32,000 nucleotides of DNA from Bacteroidaceae bacterium (lineage in GTDB: Bacteria; Bacillota; Clostridia; Oscillospirales; Oscillospiraceae), in NCBI GenBank assembly GCA_963628195.1, contig CAVGEC010000004.1, positions 20,517 through 52,516 on the forward strand, read 5' to 3'. Below, in pieces: positions 18,419-27,892 of the stretch; the first letter of the stretch is position 1; every line of letters starts with the position of its first letter. The position numbers were made by a program, and so were the translations under genes. The notes below the pieces were generated by a model. It searched no databases. It was not told the DNA's origin and worked only from the letters and a program-made list of their open reading frames with translations.

Positions 18419-18582
18419 TTTTGCACAAAATTATACTATTATACAAGAGCGTAATTATGAAATATTACCAATCGGTAAGTGCGAAATACCATTCGGTAAC
18501 ATCGGCTGACCGATGTTGATGAAACAAATATCGGAAGATTTGGCACCGGCATAACTTTTTTATTCAAGGAAAGCGTTCATTG

Positions 18583-18610
18583 TTGACTTCGAGAAATAAT
18601 ATGGCATAAT
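18583..18610 (+). promoter_or_regulatory. Promoter of the DUF4160/DUF2442 cassette
   Basis: TTGACT (18583-18588), 16 nt spacer, TGnCATAAT (18602-18610). Confidence 0.55.
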
Positions 18611-18668
18611 AGAATTACCGGAGCAATGATAGTACGATTTTGGACATGGGAAAAGTGAGGAGAAAATC

Positions 18669-18935
18669 ATGCCGGAACTTTGCAGATTTTATAACATCGT
18701 TATCAAGATGATTTTCAGCGACACTGACAAGCACCACAAGCCGCACTTTCATGTTTATTACAACGAGTATGAGGCATCCGTTGGTGTGGACGGAGAATTG
18801 ATTGCAGGCAGCCTTCCGGTCAAACAGTTGAAGCTGGTGCAGGCTTGGGCTGCTATTCACGAGGATGAACTCTACGCCGCATGGAACAAAGCGGTGCAAA
18901 ATATCCCGTTCGGCAAAATCGAACCGCTGAGATAA
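18669..18935 (+). CDS. DUF4160 domain protein
   Basis: 88 aa with the characteristic KHHKPHFHVYY motif. GAGGAG RBS. Confidence 0.85.
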   Translation: MPELCRFYNIVIKMIFSDTDKHHKPHFHVYYNEYEASVGVDGELIAGSLPVKQLKLVQAWAAIHEDELYAAWNKAVQNIPFGKIEPLR

Positions 18936-18948
18936 GGAGGAACGCTTT

Positions 18949-19242
18949 ATGTATATCTCGAACGGAATTGCGTATGCAGGGGAGCAGGAGCCAGTCATCA
19001 AGGTCTGCGGCGTTCGTCCGCTGGCTGGTCATAAGCTTTGGCTCCGATTCACAACCGGAGAAGCAAAAGTTTTTGACTTTACACCCTTATTGAAAGACGC
19101 GGGTTTTGCACCGCTGGTCGACGAACACACCTTTGCAGGCGTCTATATTGACTACGGTGTGACTGTTTGGAATGACGGCGACATTGACATTGCGCCGGAA
19201 TATCTATATCAGCATTCAAAAGCAGTGGAAGGCATTGCCTGA
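18949..19242 (+). CDS. DUF2442 domain protein
   Basis: 97 aa with a typical DUF2442 layout (...KLWLRFTTGEAKVFDF...WNDGDIDIAPEYLY). AGGAGG RBS, 13 nt after the DUF4160 stop. Confidence 0.8.
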   Translation: MYISNGIAYAGEQEPVIKVCGVRPLAGHKLWLRFTTGEAKVFDFTPLLKDAGFAPLVDEHTFAGVYIDYGVTVWNDGDIDIAPEYLYQHSKAVEGIA

Positions 19243-19374
19243 TGGCAAGTGATTTCAACCGGAAATACGGCGGCTATGCTGCCGTATTTCGCTATGAAAG
19301 GGAGTAGGATCATGTGCAGTTTATTCACTTTCCCGACTCCCGTACATATCGGCGACGCGATGTTTATACACTGA

Positions 19375-20526
<1,152 letters not shown>

Positions 20527-20532
20527 AACCTC

Positions 20533-20561
20533 TTGCCAAAACCAAAAGAACTATGTATAAT
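20533..20561 (+). promoter_or_regulatory. Sigma-A type promoter of yajC
   Basis: TTGCCA (20533-20538), 17 nt spacer, TATAAT (20556-20561). Confidence 0.6.
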
Positions 20562-20595
20562 AAAACCACTTTGTTTGAAAAAGGAGTAATGTCCC

Positions 20596-21045
20596 ATGAT
20601 TCAGATCGCTTATGCTGATGCTGCCGCTGCCACCACTTCTGGCGGTATGGGTTCCACCATTCTGATGATCGTCGTGATGATCGCCATCTTCTACTTCCTC
20701 ATGATCCGCCCTGAGAACAAGCGGAAAAAGCAGGCTGAGGAGATGCGTAATTCTCTGAAGAAGGGCGATTGGCTGACCACTATCGGCGGTGTATATGGCC
20801 GCGTCGTGGCCATCACTGACCGCACTGTGGTCATCGAGACCAGTGAGGATCGCGTTCGCGTGGAGTTCTTGAAGTCCGCTATCGGCCAGGTGGGTACCCT
20901 GGATGAGCAGGCTGCCGTTCAGCAGCGTCCTGCCAAGAAGGATAAGAAGGCTGAGGCCGCAGAGGAAACTCCTGCCGTGGAGGAGAAGGCGTCTGAAGAA
21001 GCTACCGAAGCACCTGCCGAGGAAGAAAAGACCGACGCTGAGTGA
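20596..21045 (+). CDS. yajC: Preprotein translocase subunit YajC with a long acidic/Lys-rich C-terminal extension
   Basis: Single TM then the YajC core FYFLMIRPENKRKKQ...GDWLTTIGGVYGRVV. At 149 aa it is longer than I would expect for YajC. Confidence 0.9.
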   Translation: MIQIAYADAAAATTSGGMGSTILMIVVMIAIFYFLMIRPENKRKKQAEEMRNSLKKGDWLTTIGGVYGRVVAITDRTVVIETSEDRVRVEFLKSAIGQVGTLDEQAAVQQRPAKKDKKAEAAEETPAVEEKASEEATEAPAEEEKTDAE

Positions 21046-21057
21046 TTCATAGCGAGA

Positions 21058-21105
21058 TACGCCTCCCGCATAAGCTGGAACACAGCTTATGCGGGAGGTA
21101 TTTTT
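21058..21105 (+). terminator. Terminator after yajC
   Basis: 16-bp stem CCTCCCGCATAAGCTG / CAGCTTATGCGGGAGG (21062-21077 and 21083-21098), followed by a T5 run. Confidence 0.8.
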
Positions 21106-21540
21106 ATGTCTTGGAAGCAATTGGCAGGGACAGGAACATGGCTGGGGGCAGCCGTTGCGGCGGCAGTGCTGCTGGTTGGATTGGGAGTATCATCGTTGCT
21201 CTTGCTGCGCAGCGTAGTACCGGAATACGCCATGGGCCCGTTGGTATGGGGCAGCAGTGCACTGGCGTGCTTTTGCGGCGGACGAGCGGCAGTGCGAAAA
21301 GGCGGTGAGGGAGCACTACCCAGAACTCTGGCGGTGTCAGCCTGTGTGTACGGTGCCATATGGCTGGCCGCGCTGACAGGGGACGGCCAGATTCGATTCG
21401 GCGGCAGCGGGATCGCGGAGACATGTGCAGTGTGGGGAGGCGGTATTCTGGCGGGCGTGGTTGGGATAAAACGACGCCAAAAGCGGACACCTGTGCGTCG
21501 CCGCAAGGGTACCGGCCGTCGAAAAAGGGCGGTGACATAA
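21106..21540 (+). CDS. Small integral membrane protein with an Arg/Lys-rich tail (possibly the YrzE-like family often found next to yajC)
   Basis: 144 aa with 3-4 predicted TM segments and the tail KRRQKRTPVRRRKGTGRRKR. Its only SD (GGGAGG, 21093-21098) is the 3' arm of the yajC terminator. Confidence 0.6.
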   Translation: MSWKQLAGTGTWLGAAVAAAVLLVGLGVSSLLLLRSVVPEYAMGPLVWGSSALACFCGGRAAVRKGGEGALPRTLAVSACVYGAIWLAALTGDGQIRFGGSGIAETCAVWGGGILAGVVGIKRRQKRTPVRRRKGTGRRKRAVT

Positions 21541-21600
21541 ATTGGCACATGGTTAAAATAACGAAAACGCGATTTTGAAGAGGGAAATAGCAAGGTGCAC

Positions 21601-21640
21601 GGCGGACAGCAAATGAGTTGTCCGCCGCTTTGCGGTTTTC
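21601..21640 (+). terminator. Candidate terminator
   Basis: Stem GGCGGACA / TGTCCGCC (21601-21608 and 21619-21626), followed by GCTTTGCGGTTTT. Confidence 0.5.
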
Positions 21641-21889
21641 AATATATGGTGCAGTAAATTTTGCGGTTTCCCCGGATATTGGGATTTCGGCATTTTGACA
21701 GGCCGCCACGCAACTTCGGTTTTTATAGTTTACATAATTGCATTTACATAACGTTTTGACATAATTTACAAAAAATATGTTTTTACGGAAAACCCCTTGC
21801 GGTTTTGTGAATTTTGCCATATATTATTTATTACGTTTTGCGCGTCTATTTACAGGGCTTGGCTCATAAACTATGGTCGAGGTGAGCCC

Positions 21890-22483
21890 ATGAAGCTGCA
21901 ACATCGCCGGATAGCCGCCGTCAAACCGCCGAGAACGCGTTTGTACATATTGTGCCTGTTTTTTGCCGCCGGGATGCTGGCGGGATTTTTAGCGCGCCAT
22001 ATCGTAACATCGGACGACCTTTCGGCGTTGAGCGATTATGTGACAAGCTATGCGCAGCTGTCGGCGGACAAACCGCGCAGCGCGGGGCTTGTACAGATTC
22101 TGTGGGCATATTTGCGGTATCCTTTGGCCGTGTTTCTGCTGGGCTGTACGGCCTGGGGAGTAATGCTGATACCGCTGGTGTGCGCAGCGCAGGGATTTTT
22201 TCTGTCCTTCGCAGTGCAATGCTTCGCAGCTTCGTTGGGAAGGCAGGGTGTAGTGTTGGCCCTGTCGGCACTGGGGCTGCGGTGTCTGTTTGTAGTGCCG
22301 TGTTTGCTGGTGATCGCCTCGGATGGGTTTGCCGCCGCGTGGCGGCGGGCTGAACACCAGAAACCGGAGGCACGGGACCGGCGAAGAACGATCATTTGTG
22401 TGTTTGTGTTGCTGACCGGCACAGTGGCGGAGTGCGCGCTTGTGCCGCGGTTCTTTGCGTGGCTTCTGCCAGGCTTGACTTGA
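21890..22483 (+). CDS. spoIIM: Stage II sporulation protein M
   Basis: Start at ATG 21890 (GAGGTGA RBS). 197-aa multi-TM protein of the SpoIIM/DUF95 type, in the spoIIM-xerD arrangement I recall being common in Clostridia. Confidence 0.75.
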   Translation: MKLQHRRIAAVKPPRTRLYILCLFFAAGMLAGFLARHIVTSDDLSALSDYVTSYAQLSADKPRSAGLVQILWAYLRYPLAVFLLGCTAWGVMLIPLVCAAQGFFLSFAVQCFAASLGRQGVVLALSALGLRCLFVVPCLLVIASDGFAAAWRRAEHQKPEARDRRRTIICVFVLLTGTVAECALVPRFFAWLLPGLT

Positions 22484-22505
22484 AAAAGAGAGGAGTGAGG
22501 GTGAT

Positions 22506-23390
22506 ATGACAGACTTTATCGCGGCTTACCGCGACTATCTTATCGAGGAGAAACATTCGTCTGCCAATACCCTCAGCTCTTACATACGAGACTTGACGCA
22601 GTTCCAGAGTTGGCTGCTTTCCGGCGGTGTAACAGATATGCGTAAGGTCAAAAAAGAGACGATTAACGAATATCTGCTGCACATGACACACAGTGGAAAG
22701 AGTCCGGCCACGGTCACCCGGTCTACGGCGTCGATCAAGTCCTTTTACGCCTACATGGTACAGTGCGGCGCGATAAAAACCAACCCGGCCAAAAACGTGG
22801 TGGCCATGAAAGTGGAACGGAAGTACCCGGAAATCCTTACCAACCGCGAGGTGGAACTGTTTCTGGATCAGCCCAAATGCGTGGATGAAAAGGGATTCCG
22901 CGACCATGCCATGCTGGAACTGCTGTACGCCACAGGTATCCGTGTCAGCGAGCTGATCGGACTTGACGTGAGCGACGTTAATCTGTCCGCCGGCTTCGTC
23001 CGCTGCCGCAGCAAGGGTAAAGAGCGAATCGTACCGCTGTATCCTGCCGCGGTAAAGGCACTGGAGGACTATGTGCGTGATATCCGGCCCCGGCTGATCG
23101 CCGACGAAGATGAACAGGCACTGTTTGTCAATATGAGCGGTGAGCGCATGAGCCGGCAAGGTTTTTGGAAGATCATCAAGCATTATCAAGAAAAAGCCGG
23201 CATAGAGAAGGACATTACTCCGCACACTCTGCGGCACTCCTTTGCGGTGCATCTGCTGGAGAATGGCGCGGATCTGCGCTCTATTCAAGAGATGCTTGGC
23301 CATGCGGATATCAGTTCTACGCAGATTTATACACATGTGATCAAAAAGCAGCTGAAGGATGTGTACAACAAGGCCCATCCCAGGGCATAG
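22506..23390 (+). CDS. xerD: Site-specific tyrosine recombinase XerD
   Basis: 294 aa with an N-terminal SAM-like domain. Catalytic R..HxxR..Y residues in HTLRHSFAVHLLENGADLRSIQEMLGHADISSTQIYTH. Ends in TAG. Confidence 0.9.
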   Translation: MTDFIAAYRDYLIEEKHSSANTLSSYIRDLTQFQSWLLSGGVTDMRKVKKETINEYLLHMTHSGKSPATVTRSTASIKSFYAYMVQCGAIKTNPAKNVVAMKVERKYPEILTNREVELFLDQPKCVDEKGFRDHAMLELLYATGIRVSELIGLDVSDVNLSAGFVRCRSKGKERIVPLYPAAVKALEDYVRDIRPRLIADEDEQALFVNMSGERMSRQGFWKIIKHYQEKAGIEKDITPHTLRHSFAVHLLENGADLRSIQEMLGHADISSTQIYTHVIKKQLKDVYNKAHPRA

Positions 23391-23455
23391 GTCTTTGTGT
23401 GTCTTTTCAACTAATACTTCATTGCAGCGGATTTTCGCACTATGCGGCGTACTTG

Positions 23456-23483
23456 ACCGCCCGGTTTTGCCGGGCGGTTTTTG
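23456..23483 (+). terminator. Terminator after xerD
   Basis: Stem ACCGCCCGG / CCGGGCGGT plus a T5 run. Confidence 0.8.
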
Positions 23484-23512
23484 TTGCTATTTTTCCTGCA
23501 GTTTGATATAAT
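23484..23512 (+). promoter_or_regulatory. Sigma-A type promoter of ruvCAB
   Basis: TTGCTA (23484-23489), 17 nt spacer, TGnTATAAT (23504-23512). Confidence 0.65.
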
Positions 23513-23535
23513 AGAACAAATGTTGGGAGGTGGGC

Positions 23536-24054
23536 ATGGCTATGCGGATTTTGGGCATCGATCCCGGCATCGCTATCGTGGGCTTCGGGTTGATCGAGTC
23601 AGAGCGCGGGAGCATGCGCATGCTGCAGTACGGTGCGGTGACCACTGAAGCCGGACTGCCGTTGGCAGCCCGACTACTGCAGATCGAAAATGACATGACC
23701 GCTCTGTTCTCACAGCTGAAGCCCGATGTTATCGCCATTGAGGAGCTGTTTTTCAGCAAGAACATCACCACAGGTATTGCTGTTGCCCACGGACGTGGTG
23801 TTATTCTCTGTACGGCGGAGCGGCTGGGCGTGCCTGTATTTGAGTATACGCCCATGCAGGTGAAGCAGGCGGTGGCGGGTTACGGTCTGGCTGATAAGAA
23901 GCAGGTCATGGATATGACAAAACGGCTGCTGAAGCTGAAAGCGGTGCCGAAGCCGGATGACGCTGCGGACGCACTGGCTATGGCCATCTGCCACGCGCGC
24001 AGCGCTACCAGCTTGCTGCGGCGGAAGGATCCCAGTGTGAAGGAGACAGTCTGA
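23536..24054 (+). CDS. ruvC: Crossover junction endodeoxyribonuclease RuvC
   Basis: Contains MRILGIDPGIAIVGFG. GGAGG at 23526-23530. ATG 23536 or ATG 23542 are both possible starts; the track start at 23530 is a GTG overlapping the SD. Confidence 0.9.
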   Translation: MAMRILGIDPGIAIVGFGLIESERGSMRMLQYGAVTTEAGLPLAARLLQIENDMTALFSQLKPDVIAIEELFFSKNITTGIAVAHGRGVILCTAERLGVPVFEYTPMQVKQAVAGYGLADKKQVMDMTKRLLKLKAVPKPDDAADALAMAICHARSATSLLRRKDPSVKETV

Positions 24055-24055
24055 T

Positions 24056-24661
24056 ATGTATTACTATGTGAGCGGTACCGTGGCGGAGATCGACGCAGGC
24101 CTGGCGGTGATTGACTGTGGCGGCGTGGGCTATGCCTGCGCCACCACCAACTATACTCTGTCCCAGTTGAAAAAAGGGACGCAGGCCAAGCTGTACACCT
24201 ACTTAAATGTACGGGAAGATGCCATGGAACTGTTTGGCTTTGCCGATCAAAGCGAGCTGCGGAGCTTCAAGCTGCTGATCGGCGTATCCGGCGTGGGCCC
24301 CAGGGCGGCGTTGTCTATATTGTCCGCCGTGACACCGCAGCAGTTGGCGCTGGCGGTGGTGACGGAGGACGAAAAGGCTCTGACCGCGGCCAACGGTATC
24401 GGCAAGAAGATCGCCCAGCGGGTAATCCTGGAGTTGAAGGACAAGCTGGCACGGGAGGAAGCTATGGGCGGCACGCAGATGAGAGGCGGCGCAACCGCGG
24501 CAGCCCCTGTGCCTCAGAGCAAAAAGAGCGAGGCGCAGGCGGCGCTGGCGGTGCTGGGATACGGCAGCGCGGAGATCGCCGCGGCGCTGAAGGATATCGA
24601 CATAGAGGCACTGACACTGGAGGATATTATCCGGCAGGCGCTGAAGCGTATGATCAAGTGA
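24056..24661 (+). CDS. ruvA: Holliday junction DNA helicase RuvA
   Basis: 201 aa with an N-terminal OB fold, HhH motifs ([26 protein letters not shown]) and a C-terminal domain III. Confidence 0.93.
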   Translation: MYYYVSGTVAEIDAGLAVIDCGGVGYACATTNYTLSQLKKGTQAKLYTYLNVREDAMELFGFADQSELRSFKLLIGVSGVGPRAALSILSAVTPQQLALAVVTEDEKALTAANGIGKKIAQRVILELKDKLAREEAMGGTQMRGGATAAAPVPQSKKSEAQAALAVLGYGSAEIAAALKDIDIEALTLEDIIRQALKRMIK

Positions 24662-24674
24662 GGGAGGGACGCAC

Positions 24675-25715
24675 ATGAGTATTGATTTCGGGGCGGATCT
24701 GTACGAGGATCCTATCGTAGCTAAGACCTTCCTCAGCGAGGATGTCAACGAGGGATCCCTGCGTCCCCGCACGCTGGCGGAGTATATCGGCCAGGAAAAA
24801 GCCAAGCAAAATCTCTCCATCTTTATCGAGGCGGCGCGTCGGCGGACGGAGTCACTGGATCATGTGCTGCTGCATGGCCCTCCGGGACTGGGCAAGACCA
24901 CGCTGGCAGGGATCATTGCGCAGGAGATGGGCGTAAACATCCGCATCACCTCCGGGCCGGCCATTGAGAAGCCGGGCGATCTGGCGGCGCTGCTGACCAA
25001 CTTGAGTGAAAACGACATTCTGTTTGTGGATGAGATACACCGGCTGAACCGGGCCGTGGAGGAAATACTGTATCCGGCCATGGAGGACTACGCCATTGAT
25101 ATCATCATCGGCAAAGGTCCCTCGGCCAATTCCATCCGGCTGGATCTTCCGAAATTCACACTGATCGGCGCCACCACACGGGCTGGTTCGCTATCCGCGC
25201 CGCTGCGGGATCGTTTTGGTGTGACGCTGCGGCTGGAACTGTACACACCGGAGGAATTGGCAAAGATCGTCACCCGCAGCGCAGGTATACTCGATGTGCC
25301 CATTGAGGCGGAGGGGGCCATGGAGATCGCACGGCGTTCCCGCGGCACGCCCCGCATTGCCAACCGTATGCTGCGGCGGGTGCGGGACTTTGCACAGGTG
25401 ATGGCGGACGGAGTTATCACCAAAACGGTGGCCGATAAGGCGCTGCTGGCGCTTGAGGTCGACTACCTGGGCCTGGACAATGTAGACCGCCGTATGCTGC
25501 GGGCCATTATTGAGAACTACGGCGGCGGGCCGGTAGGCCTTGACACCTTGGCAGCGACTATCGGCGAGGAATCGGTAACGCTGGAGGATGTATATGAGCC
25601 GTATCTGATGCAGATAGGCTTTTTGACGCGCACACCCAGAGGCCGCTGCGTTACACAGAGGGCTTATGAGCATCTGCACATCGCTTTTTTGGGACAGCAG
25701 CAGCTGGAACTGTAG
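24675..25715 (+). CDS. ruvB: Holliday junction DNA helicase RuvB
   Basis: 346 aa with Walker [10 protein letters not shown] and Walker [11 protein letters not shown]. Ends in TAG. Confidence 0.95.
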   Translation: MSIDFGADLYEDPIVAKTFLSEDVNEGSLRPRTLAEYIGQEKAKQNLSIFIEAARRRTESLDHVLLHGPPGLGKTTLAGIIAQEMGVNIRITSGPAIEKPGDLAALLTNLSENDILFVDEIHRLNRAVEEILYPAMEDYAIDIIIGKGPSANSIRLDLPKFTLIGATTRAGSLSAPLRDRFGVTLRLELYTPEELAKIVTRSAGILDVPIEAEGAMEIARRSRGTPRIANRMLRRVRDFAQVMADGVITKTVADKALLALEVDYLGLDNVDRRMLRAIIENYGGGPVGLDTLAATIGEESVTLEDVYEPYLMQIGFLTRTPRGRCVTQRAYEHLHIAFLGQQQLEL

Positions 25716-25806
25716 GCTTCGGCGGGCTGTTGACCGGATTTTCCGGAGAAATTGGTCAGGAACACCGCGGAAATTGGTCTATTTTTGACAAAATTTCTCT
25801 ATTGAC

Positions 25807-25836
25807 TTGACAAATTCTTTTGTAAAAAGGTATAAT
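25807..25836 (+). promoter_or_regulatory. Sigma-A type promoter directly abutting the sigH start codon
   Basis: TTGACA (25807-25812), 18 nt spacer, TATAAT (25831-25836). The ATG at 25842 lies only 5 nt after the -10 element. Confidence 0.55.
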
Positions 25837-25841
25837 GATAT

Positions 25842-26465
25842 ATGGTGAATGATACAAGGGCTGAATATGACCGGATGCAGACCTTCAGCGATGAGGCGCT
25901 GTGCACTTTGGTGAAGCAGGGAAACCGCGACGCCGAGGAGATCCTGGTGGGGCGCTACCATCGACTGGTGCGCTCCTGCGCCCGTCCATACTTCCTGGCA
26001 GGCGGCGACAGTGAGGATCTGCTGCAAGAGGGCATGTTCGGGCTCATCAAGGCCATACGGGAGTATGCACCGGGGCATGACGCCTCCTTTTGTACCTTTG
26101 CCGAGACGTGTATTCGCAGGCGGCTGTATTCCGTGCTGCGTTCCGCGTCCTCCGGCAAACACTCACCACTGAACCAAGCCGTTCCGTTGGATACCTCTTT
26201 CTTTGACGCGAATCTCTCCTTTGCCACTGTCGATCCCGAAGGTTGGGTTATTGACCGCGAAAAAACCGCCGCTCTGCTGGAAAAGACGCGCAAGTTGCTG
26301 TCCGAATTCGAGGTAAAGATTTTAGGGTATTATCTGGACGGTCTCACCTGCCGTGAGATCGCAGAAACTGTGGGCAAGTCACCCAAATCGGTGGACAATG
26401 CCGTGCAGCGTTTGCGCCGCAAAATAGCGCGGCAGCTACTATCCGGCGATATCAGCAAAGGCTGA
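25842..26465 (+). CDS. sigH: RNA polymerase sporulation/transition-state sigma factor SigH
   Basis: 207 aa containing YFLAGGDSEDLLQEGMFGLIKAIREY...FAETCIRRRL...KHSPLNQAV, which matches the SigH region 2 as I recall it, plus a C-terminal region 4 HTH. Confidence 0.85.
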   Translation: MVNDTRAEYDRMQTFSDEALCTLVKQGNRDAEEILVGRYHRLVRSCARPYFLAGGDSEDLLQEGMFGLIKAIREYAPGHDASFCTFAETCIRRRLYSVLRSASSGKHSPLNQAVPLDTSFFDANLSFATVDPEGWVIDREKTAALLEKTRKLLSEFEVKILGYYLDGLTCREIAETVGKSPKSVDNAVQRLRRKIARQLLSGDISKG

Positions 26466-26500
26466 ACGCAATATATTTTTCTCAAAGAGAGGGTAAAATC

Positions 26501-26779
26501 ATGTACGAAGACAAGACCTTAGTGTGCAAAGAGTGCGGCAACGAGTTCGTTTTCACCGCCGGTGAGCAGGAGTTCTACGCTGAGCGCGGCTTCCAGAACG
26601 AGCCCCAGCGCTGCAAGGCCTGCCGCGACGCGCGCAAGAACGCTGCCCGTGGTCCCCGCGAGTATTTCACCGCTGTCTGCGCTGCCTGCGGCGGCGAGGC
26701 CAAGGTGCCTTTCGAGCCCAAGAGCGATCGTCCTGTGTATTGCAGCGACTGCTTCGCCAAAATGCGTGAGAACGGCTGA
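26501..26779 (+). CDS. Zinc-ribbon domain protein (CxxC pairs)
   Basis: 92 aa with CKECG...CKAC and CAACG...CSDC. This layout is typical of the small zinc-ribbon family in which a CxxC-containing ..VF..EQEFY.. unit is repeated. Confidence 0.8.
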   Translation: MYEDKTLVCKECGNEFVFTAGEQEFYAERGFQNEPQRCKACRDARKNAARGPREYFTAVCAACGGEAKVPFEPKSDRPVYCSDCFAKMRENG

Positions 26780-26811
26780 TCTGCTGACTGCACACTGTTA
26801 AGTAGATAGAG

Positions 26812-26845
26812 AACCGCCCTCCGGCACAGCCGGAGGGCGGTTTTA
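26812..26845 (+). terminator. Terminator after the zinc-ribbon gene
   Basis: 13-bp stem AACCGCCCTCCGG / CCGGAGGGCGGTT plus a T-run. Confidence 0.85.
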
Positions 26846-26869
26846 TGCCGTTCGGCGTGAAAAATCCTG

Positions 26870-26898
26870 TTGAAAGTTCCGGCATTTTGGGATATACT
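26870..26898 (+). promoter_or_regulatory. Sigma-A type promoter of the DUF1858 gene
   Basis: TTGAAA (26870-26875), 17 nt spacer, TATACT (26893-26898). Confidence 0.6.
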
Positions 26899-26931
26899 AT
26901 GCCTATAAATACAAATTGGAGGTTTCTCAGC

Positions 26932-27144
26932 ATGATCGAGATCACAAAAGACACTATTATCGGTGATATTCTGGACGTTGCGCCTCAGACCGCACCTATT
27001 TTCCTGTCCATCGGCATGCATTGCCTGGGCTGCCCGTCCTCCCGCGGCGAGACCGTTGAGGAAGCCTGCGCCGTACACGGCATTGACGTGGACAAGCTGC
27101 TGGAGTTGGTGAACGAGGAAGCCAACAAGCCTATCGCCGAGTAA
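26932..27144 (+). CDS. DUF1858 / hybrid-cluster-protein-associated redox disulfide domain protein
   Basis: Start at ATG 26932 (TGGAGG RBS). 70 aa containing GMHCLGCPSSRGETVEEACAVHGID. Confidence 0.8.
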   Translation: MIEITKDTIIGDILDVAPQTAPIFLSIGMHCLGCPSSRGETVEEACAVHGIDVDKLLELVNEEANKPIAE

Positions 27145-27154
27145 GAAAACCGAC

Positions 27155-27190
27155 GCCACGCATACGCCTTCGTATGCGTGGCCGTTTCTG
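27155..27190 (+). terminator. Terminator after the DUF1858 gene
   Basis: 12-bp stem GCCACGCATACG / CGTATGCGTGGC, followed by CGTTTCTG. Confidence 0.7.
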
Positions 27191-27199
27191 TAAAAAAGT

Positions 27200-27892
27200 A
27201 TGGGAAAACAACTGCAATTACAGCCGCGGCTGCAGCTGCTGGCAAACATGGTGCCGAAGGGCTGCCGTCTGGCGGACATCGGCACCGACCACGGCTATCT
27301 GCCTGTCTGGCTGCTGCAGCAAGGGTTTATCAAAAACGCTGTCGCTGCGGATATCGGTGAGGAGCCGCTGGATCACGCACGGCGTACATCAGAGGAATAC
27401 GGCGTGGAAAACATTGACTTCCGCCTGTGCAGCGGTCTTGCCGCTATCGCACCGGAGGAAGTGGATACGGTAGTCATCGCCGGTATGGGCGGCGAAACGA
27501 TCATCGCCATTCTGGCCGCAGCCCCCTGGACAAAGGATGGAGCGCATACTCTGCTGCTGCAGCCGATGACAAAAGCCGCTGATCTGCGTCATTGGTTATC
27601 TGTAAATGGGTATTGCTTTACAGCAGAACGACTGGTATGGGACAAGAATTACCTCTATCCGGTGCTGCAGGTGCGTGGCGGGACGTGCCCGGAATTGACT
27701 GAATTGCAGACGCTGACCGGTGTTTTACTGGCGGATGATCCTCTGTACAAGGATTATCTCGTCCAGCACATGGAAAAACTGCGCCGTGCCGCGGAAGGCC
27801 TGCGCCGCAGCGGCAGGGAGGACGCTCTGCGCCGGGCCGAAATGTTAGAGCGGCTGATCGATAGCATCGGACAAATAAGGAGTACAACATGA
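27200..27892 (+). CDS. trmK: tRNA (adenine22-N1)-methyltransferase TrmK
   Basis: 230 aa with LADIGTDHGYLPVWLL and VIAGMGGETI motifs, in the trmK-nif3 arrangement I recall from Bacillus yqfN-yqfO. Confidence 0.88.
   Translation: MGKQLQLQPRLQLLANMVPKGCRLADIGTDHGYLPVWLLQQGFIKNAVAADIGEEPLDHARRTSEEYGVENIDFRLCSGLAAIAPEEVDTVVIAGMGGETIIAILAAAPWTKDGAHTLLLQPMTKAADLRHWLSVNGYCFTAERLVWDKNYLYPVLQVRGGTCPELTELQTLTGVLLADDPLYKDYLVQHMEKLRRAAEGLRRSGREDALRRAEMLERLIDSIGQIRSTT

Noticed and set aside
21543-21560. Sigma-54-like TGGCAC element
   Set aside because: The downstream element 5 nt later is TAAAA rather than TTGC(A/T). No activator gene or suitable target lies nearby.
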